A DNA stretch of 64,000 nt, from contig CAYGFH010000001.1 in the NCBI GenBank assembly GCA_964349125.1, forward strand, positions 772,801-836,800, given 5' to 3'. The translations under genes were made by a program, and so were the position numbers. Below, in pieces: positions 60,662-64,000 of this stretch; positions within the stretch are counted from its first letter, which is position 1; every line of letters begins with the position of its first letter. The notes beneath the pieces are model-generated. The model saw nothing but the letters and a program-made list of their open reading frames with translations. It was not told where the DNA came from and searched no databases. Source of the stretch: an uncultured Gammaproteobacteria bacterium (GTDB lineage Bacteria > Patescibacteriota > Microgenomatia > UBA10105 > UBA927).

Positions 60662-60822
60662 TATGCCACTTTACGCTTGAATTCACAGCTGTCTTTGCGG
60701 GAATAATTTCTCGAGACAAACTGAGTAACAACACAATTTTTGGTTAAAATAATAAGCACTCATATTAGAATTCTGATATGTGTAAAAAAAATCTAACACA
60801 TATACCGCACATTATGTGCAGC

Positions 60823-60855
60823 AGTTAGTGTATAGATTATATCTATACACTAACT
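60823..60855. promoter_or_regulatory. 33-bp perfect palindrome (15-bp arms AGTTAGTGTATAGAT / ATCTATACACTAACT)
   Basis: Lies in a convergent intergenic region, next to a 13-nt palindrome GCACATTATGTGC at 60807-60819. Confidence 0.45.
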
Positions 60856-60890
60856 CGCAGGGAAGGTAGTCAGAAACTTTTGCAACAATG

Positions 60891-62246
60891 CTATGCGTCT
60901 TTATTATATTTATGAATGATCCGAAGTATTGTTCTATCTGAGACAGAAAGCTGTAACTGTTCTTTTATTTGCTTTGTCGTTAGATTCTTTTTTGAATAGA
61001 GCATACGTATGTGTCGAATGGTCTCCATGGATACAGATGACGTTCTGGTGTGGTGTGGGCGGGTTGATTTACGTGTTAGTGTTGCGTATTCAGGTAAAGA
61101 TACTGCCCTGTCTCTCCATCTATAAATTGTGGATCGATGTATGCCCAATAGAGTGGCCGTCTTTATCACCGAGCCATTCTGAGATTTCAACGTATCTATA
61201 ATCTGTTGGGGGGTCACACGAGACAAACCCTCAACAGATGACACCGCTCGGTTCTCTGGTGCTATTTGCACTGCACTCAAATCTTCAACAGGGGCGCTGT
61301 TGGATATACGTTCTTCTATAGAAGAATTTGATGATATTAATAGCTTGAATGCCTTGTATATATTTCGGCGTTTACGGATTATCCAAAGTGCCATACCTAT
61401 GAATAGAAGAGAGGAAATAAATATTCTATATGGGAAGATAACGAGGAGTGTAGTTTTAGTAATAGTTTCGCCATTTTCTATTCGAGATTTTATTGTTGCC
61501 TTATAAATGCCCCATTTGCTGTTTTGTATTGTAAATACGGTCTTCCAGGATCTGGATTTACCAGGTAATATTGTTTTCTCATCCAGTTCTGCTGCATCTG
61601 ATTGTCCCCACAACGGAGTTATTGTGAGCGTTGGTTTCGTTGAAAAATAATGAAGTGAATTATTCGTTATTCGCACAGTGCTAGTAATAGGCCCATGTTC
61701 GTATATCAGTTTTTCAAATTGAAACTGGGATATTACAGCCTTGTTCTTCTGAGATTCCTGTATGCCTATGTTTGCAAGCGTGACGACTCCTATTTTTGAC
61801 CCTATTGTTCCGTTGGGGTAGAGAGGCGTAAAGTATATGATCGCATAATACCCTCCTATAGGGACAGTGGAGGGAATAGCAATTTTGACGAAGAATTCGT
61901 GTGATTGACGGGCTGGAATAATGACATCAGGCTCCTCAATGGTAATCCATCGGGCAAGCGGCGAAATCTCAATAGTCGGATCAGGTGTGAACCCGGATAT
62001 CTCATCGGATGAGTCAAATCCCTCTATTGTTGCGCGTAACGGCATAGGTGCGTCTGTAAGGTTCTCAATAGAGATAGGGTAGAGATGCTTTGCACCAGGT
62101 TGCAGTTGTATTTTTAATATGACGGGTGACACGCGAAGTGATGAGGAAATAAAATTAAGCCCGGAAGCCTGCACAAGAGAGATCGGCCTGAGAAGTAGGC
62201 TCGCCAGCAACATGATAAAAAATGATGTATTTAGTATTATTTTCAT
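60891..62246 (-). CDS. DUF916-like extracellular domain + TM + cytoplasmic tandem HTH tail
   Basis: Signal peptide. LRVSPVILKIQLQPGAKHLYPISIENL (DUF916-like). TM FISSLLFIGMALWIIRKRR. C-terminal HTHs IHRSTIYRW and SDRTILRIIHKY. Confidence 0.55.
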   Translation of the reverse strand: MKIILNTSFFIMLLASLLLRPISLVQASGLNFISSSLRVSPVILKIQLQPGAKHLYPISIENLTDAPMPLRATIEGFDSSDEISGFTPDPTIEISPLARWITIEEPDVIIPARQSHEFFVKIAIPSTVPIGGYYAIIYFTPLYPNGTIGSKIGVVTLANIGIQESQKNKAVISQFQFEKLIYEHGPITSTVRITNNSLHYFSTKPTLTITPLWGQSDAAELDEKTILPGKSRSWKTVFTIQNSKWGIYKATIKSRIENGETITKTTLLVIFPYRIFISSLLFIGMALWIIRKRRNIYKAFKLLISSNSSIEERISNSAPVEDLSAVQIAPENRAVSSVEGLSRVTPQQIIDTLKSQNGSVIKTATLLGIHRSTIYRWRDRAVSLPEYATLTRKSTRPHHTRTSSVSMETIRHIRMLYSKKNLTTKQIKEQLQLSVSDRTILRIIHKYNKDA

Positions 62247-62260
62247 ATAGTTTTCACTAT

Positions 62261-63337
62261 TTAATATATGGGAACAACAACGTAGATAACGGTGTTGGTG
62301 TATGCTCCTGCCGGTGTGGTGGCGTCTCCTGTGACGCGATATGAAATATTGAATTGTTCGTTGACAACCGGATTGTTTTCTACAATATCTGTGTGATCCG
62401 CGACGGGGTCACCGGGAGTTGCTGTTGAAAACCCAGCATACTTCGGTCCGCCAAGCGTAAACCTATCGGCTGCGCCCCCGGCGAGTGACGTATCGTTGGT
62501 GGTGTATCCGAACCCAGTACCAGTCCATGCTGTGGGTGATCCGTTTGTCCCTGCGTAATCGACGATAGTATTGGATTCAAACGTGAGTGGGCCAGTTTCG
62601 CGGCCATACACTGTATACCCGTTGTATGCATTTGTGGAAGTTGTAAGTGTCGTAGTTTTACTGCTGTCGGTATAAGAATTTGAAGAGTCCAATGTGTTAA
62701 ATGTGAGTGTTTCGGAGGAGATACCAAACGTTAATGAAGGGACAGATGTTGTGGCGCTTGATGTCGGTCCAAATCGAGATTCAGTAAAGTTGCCCCATTT
62801 ACTCTTGACCTTTATTTTATATGTTGTATTTTGTTTTAATCCTCTGACAAACTCACCTGTCGCGCCGCCCCAGTTGCCATATGTTTGCCAATCTTCCTGT
62901 CCAAGAGTTATGTCTATCGTGTTGTCGTCCTGAACAAACCGTGTCGTTGTAAAGTCGTCATCTGAAATAGCGATAGCGTACAGTGCATCTGCAGGTCCGG
63001 CACCATTTGTGATAATAAATTTTAATCTATCGTAATTTATTGCCGGGTTAGTGAATATGGGAGCTGGAGGGGTATTTGCCTGTAACGTTTCTATAAGTCC
63101 GCCGTTTACTGAATAATTTGTTGATGCAGGATTTCCAAATTCCAATCCTCCTACATAACCAAACAGAGAGAAATTGTCCGAGCTGCCTGAGTCAATACCT
63201 CCTGAACCGAAGTCATACTGAGTCAGTTCAAAGTTCGTGCTTGTTGGTCCGGCAATGACTTTCGTTGAAGTAATCAAAAAAAACGATACGAACAGACTGC
63301 ACGTAATTGAGAATCCAAAAATATTTTTCATACGCAT
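62261..63337 (-). CDS. secreted surface protein, WxL-like C-terminal block (paralog 3)
   Basis: TAWTGTGFGYTTNDTSLAGGAADRFT and AGAYTNTVIYVVVPIY align with the other two paralogs. Confidence 0.5.
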   Translation of the reverse strand: MRMKNIFGFSITCSLFVSFFLITSTKVIAGPTSTNFELTQYDFGSGGIDSGSSDNFSLFGYVGGLEFGNPASTNYSVNGGLIETLQANTPPAPIFTNPAINYDRLKFIITNGAGPADALYAIAISDDDFTTTRFVQDDNTIDITLGQEDWQTYGNWGGATGEFVRGLKQNTTYKIKVKSKWGNFTESRFGPTSSATTSVPSLTFGISSETLTFNTLDSSNSYTDSSKTTTLTTSTNAYNGYTVYGRETGPLTFESNTIVDYAGTNGSPTAWTGTGFGYTTNDTSLAGGAADRFTLGGPKYAGFSTATPGDPVADHTDIVENNPVVNEQFNISYRVTGDATTPAGAYTNTVIYVVVPIY

Positions 63338-63463
63338 GTGTATTCATCACAGTATCATATACATTTGCGACATTCAATACTATAAATTACTGCGATGTGG
63401 CAAATGTATATGTCATACCCAATTCGGAAGAAATGAACACACATGGGTGAAGTCTGAGAGGTA

Positions 63464-63883
63464 TTAGTATGGGAGTGTGAACGCTCTGGTGCCGAAGAGG
63501 AAGGGGAAGTATTCGAACGTACAGATTATGGGAGTTTGAGATCTGTCACAGACTATGTTTGTTATGGCCTGTTCAAGTGTTAAATGTGCACTTGTGGTCG
63601 TTATAACAAGCTTTGCTGCTGACTTCATGAGCGGTTCATCAACATACATGATATCTATAGTGCTTGTGAAGATAGTTTGAAGGAACTCACGGGCGATGGA
63701 ATGGCTCATGTGCGTCGCGATACGTTCATAGGTAGACATGATTGTGGAAGGTGACGTGTAGAGATGGTATCCTTCCTGCGCAAAAAATCGAAAATATGCC
63801 CCGGCCATCTGGTGTTTGCTATCTGAACGGTCTATGAACGCGTACATTGCCGATTGTGTAATATATACTTTCTTGCTACCCAT
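63464..63883 (-). CDS. hypothetical protein
   Basis: ORF only. Confidence 0.4.
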   Translation of the reverse strand: MGSKKVYITQSAMYAFIDRSDSKHQMAGAYFRFFAQEGYHLYTSPSTIMSTYERIATHMSHSIAREFLQTIFTSTIDIMYVDEPLMKSAAKLVITTTSAHLTLEQAITNIVCDRSQTPIICTFEYFPFLFGTRAFTLPY

Positions 63884-64000
63884 AGGATTACCTAGTTGGA
63901 ATACTGATACTCATTCCCACACCTTCCAGCTTCCAGAATGGATCACTCAGCGAAAATTGGTGCTCATCTTCTTTGTGTGTGTGCGTTTGGCGCTTTGACT

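Overview
This 64 kb window has small genes, translational coupling, an ATP-dependent DNA ligase, surface-protein loci, an intron-containing 23S rRNA and several 17-18 nt spaced TTGACA/TATAAT-like promoters; these traits suggest a reduced-genome, Gram-positive-like bacterium, plausibly CPR/Patescibacteria, but that placement is an inference. Reading left to right: (i) a housekeeping block with udk, pyrH, recF, nnrD, a Fic protein, an ATP-dependent DNA ligase, a GT4 glycosyltransferase, an alpha/beta hydrolase, pth and a CPBP protease. (ii) A [NiFe]-hydrogenase island: hypC, an endopeptidase, and small and large subunits only. It is interleaved with an Nramp transporter that is translationally coupled to a cytosolic PRC/MgtE_N/CBS protein, and with a DsbA-like/VKOR disulfide pair. 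(iii) A copper-homeostasis cluster: csoR with a perfect 10+10 bp operator, a DUF305 protein, copA, a DsbD_2-cupredoxin fusion and copZ, followed by trxA, trxB, an FNR-like reductase and gdh. (iv) A tandem array of three membrane-stress-type genes (PspA-like coiled-coil, TPM-domain, SPFH-like lipoprotein). The genes are separated by two identical 316-bp highly structured repeats, with partial copies of the repeat ends outside the array. (v) An rRNA locus, tRNA-Ala(UGC)-23S-5S, with no 16S in the window. The 23S carries a 422-nt ORF-less group I intron in domain V, and the operon is flanked by direct-repeat hairpin modules. (vi) rpsA, a SET-domain gene, radA and a PIN/TRAM gene, then a long noncoding stretch with a consensus promoter. 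(vii) A GT-C-type membrane glycosyltransferase cluster (PMT-like proteins and a DUF2298 'YYY' protein) adjacent to a cell-surface locus. That locus has three Thr/Ser-rich WxL-like secreted paralogs and two DUF916/DUF3324-like membrane-anchored proteins. One of the anchored proteins carries a cytoplasmic double-HTH tail, which suggests a surface-complex-to-transcription signalling module. I consider this locus and the repeat-separated stress-gene array the strongest candidates for undescribed systems.
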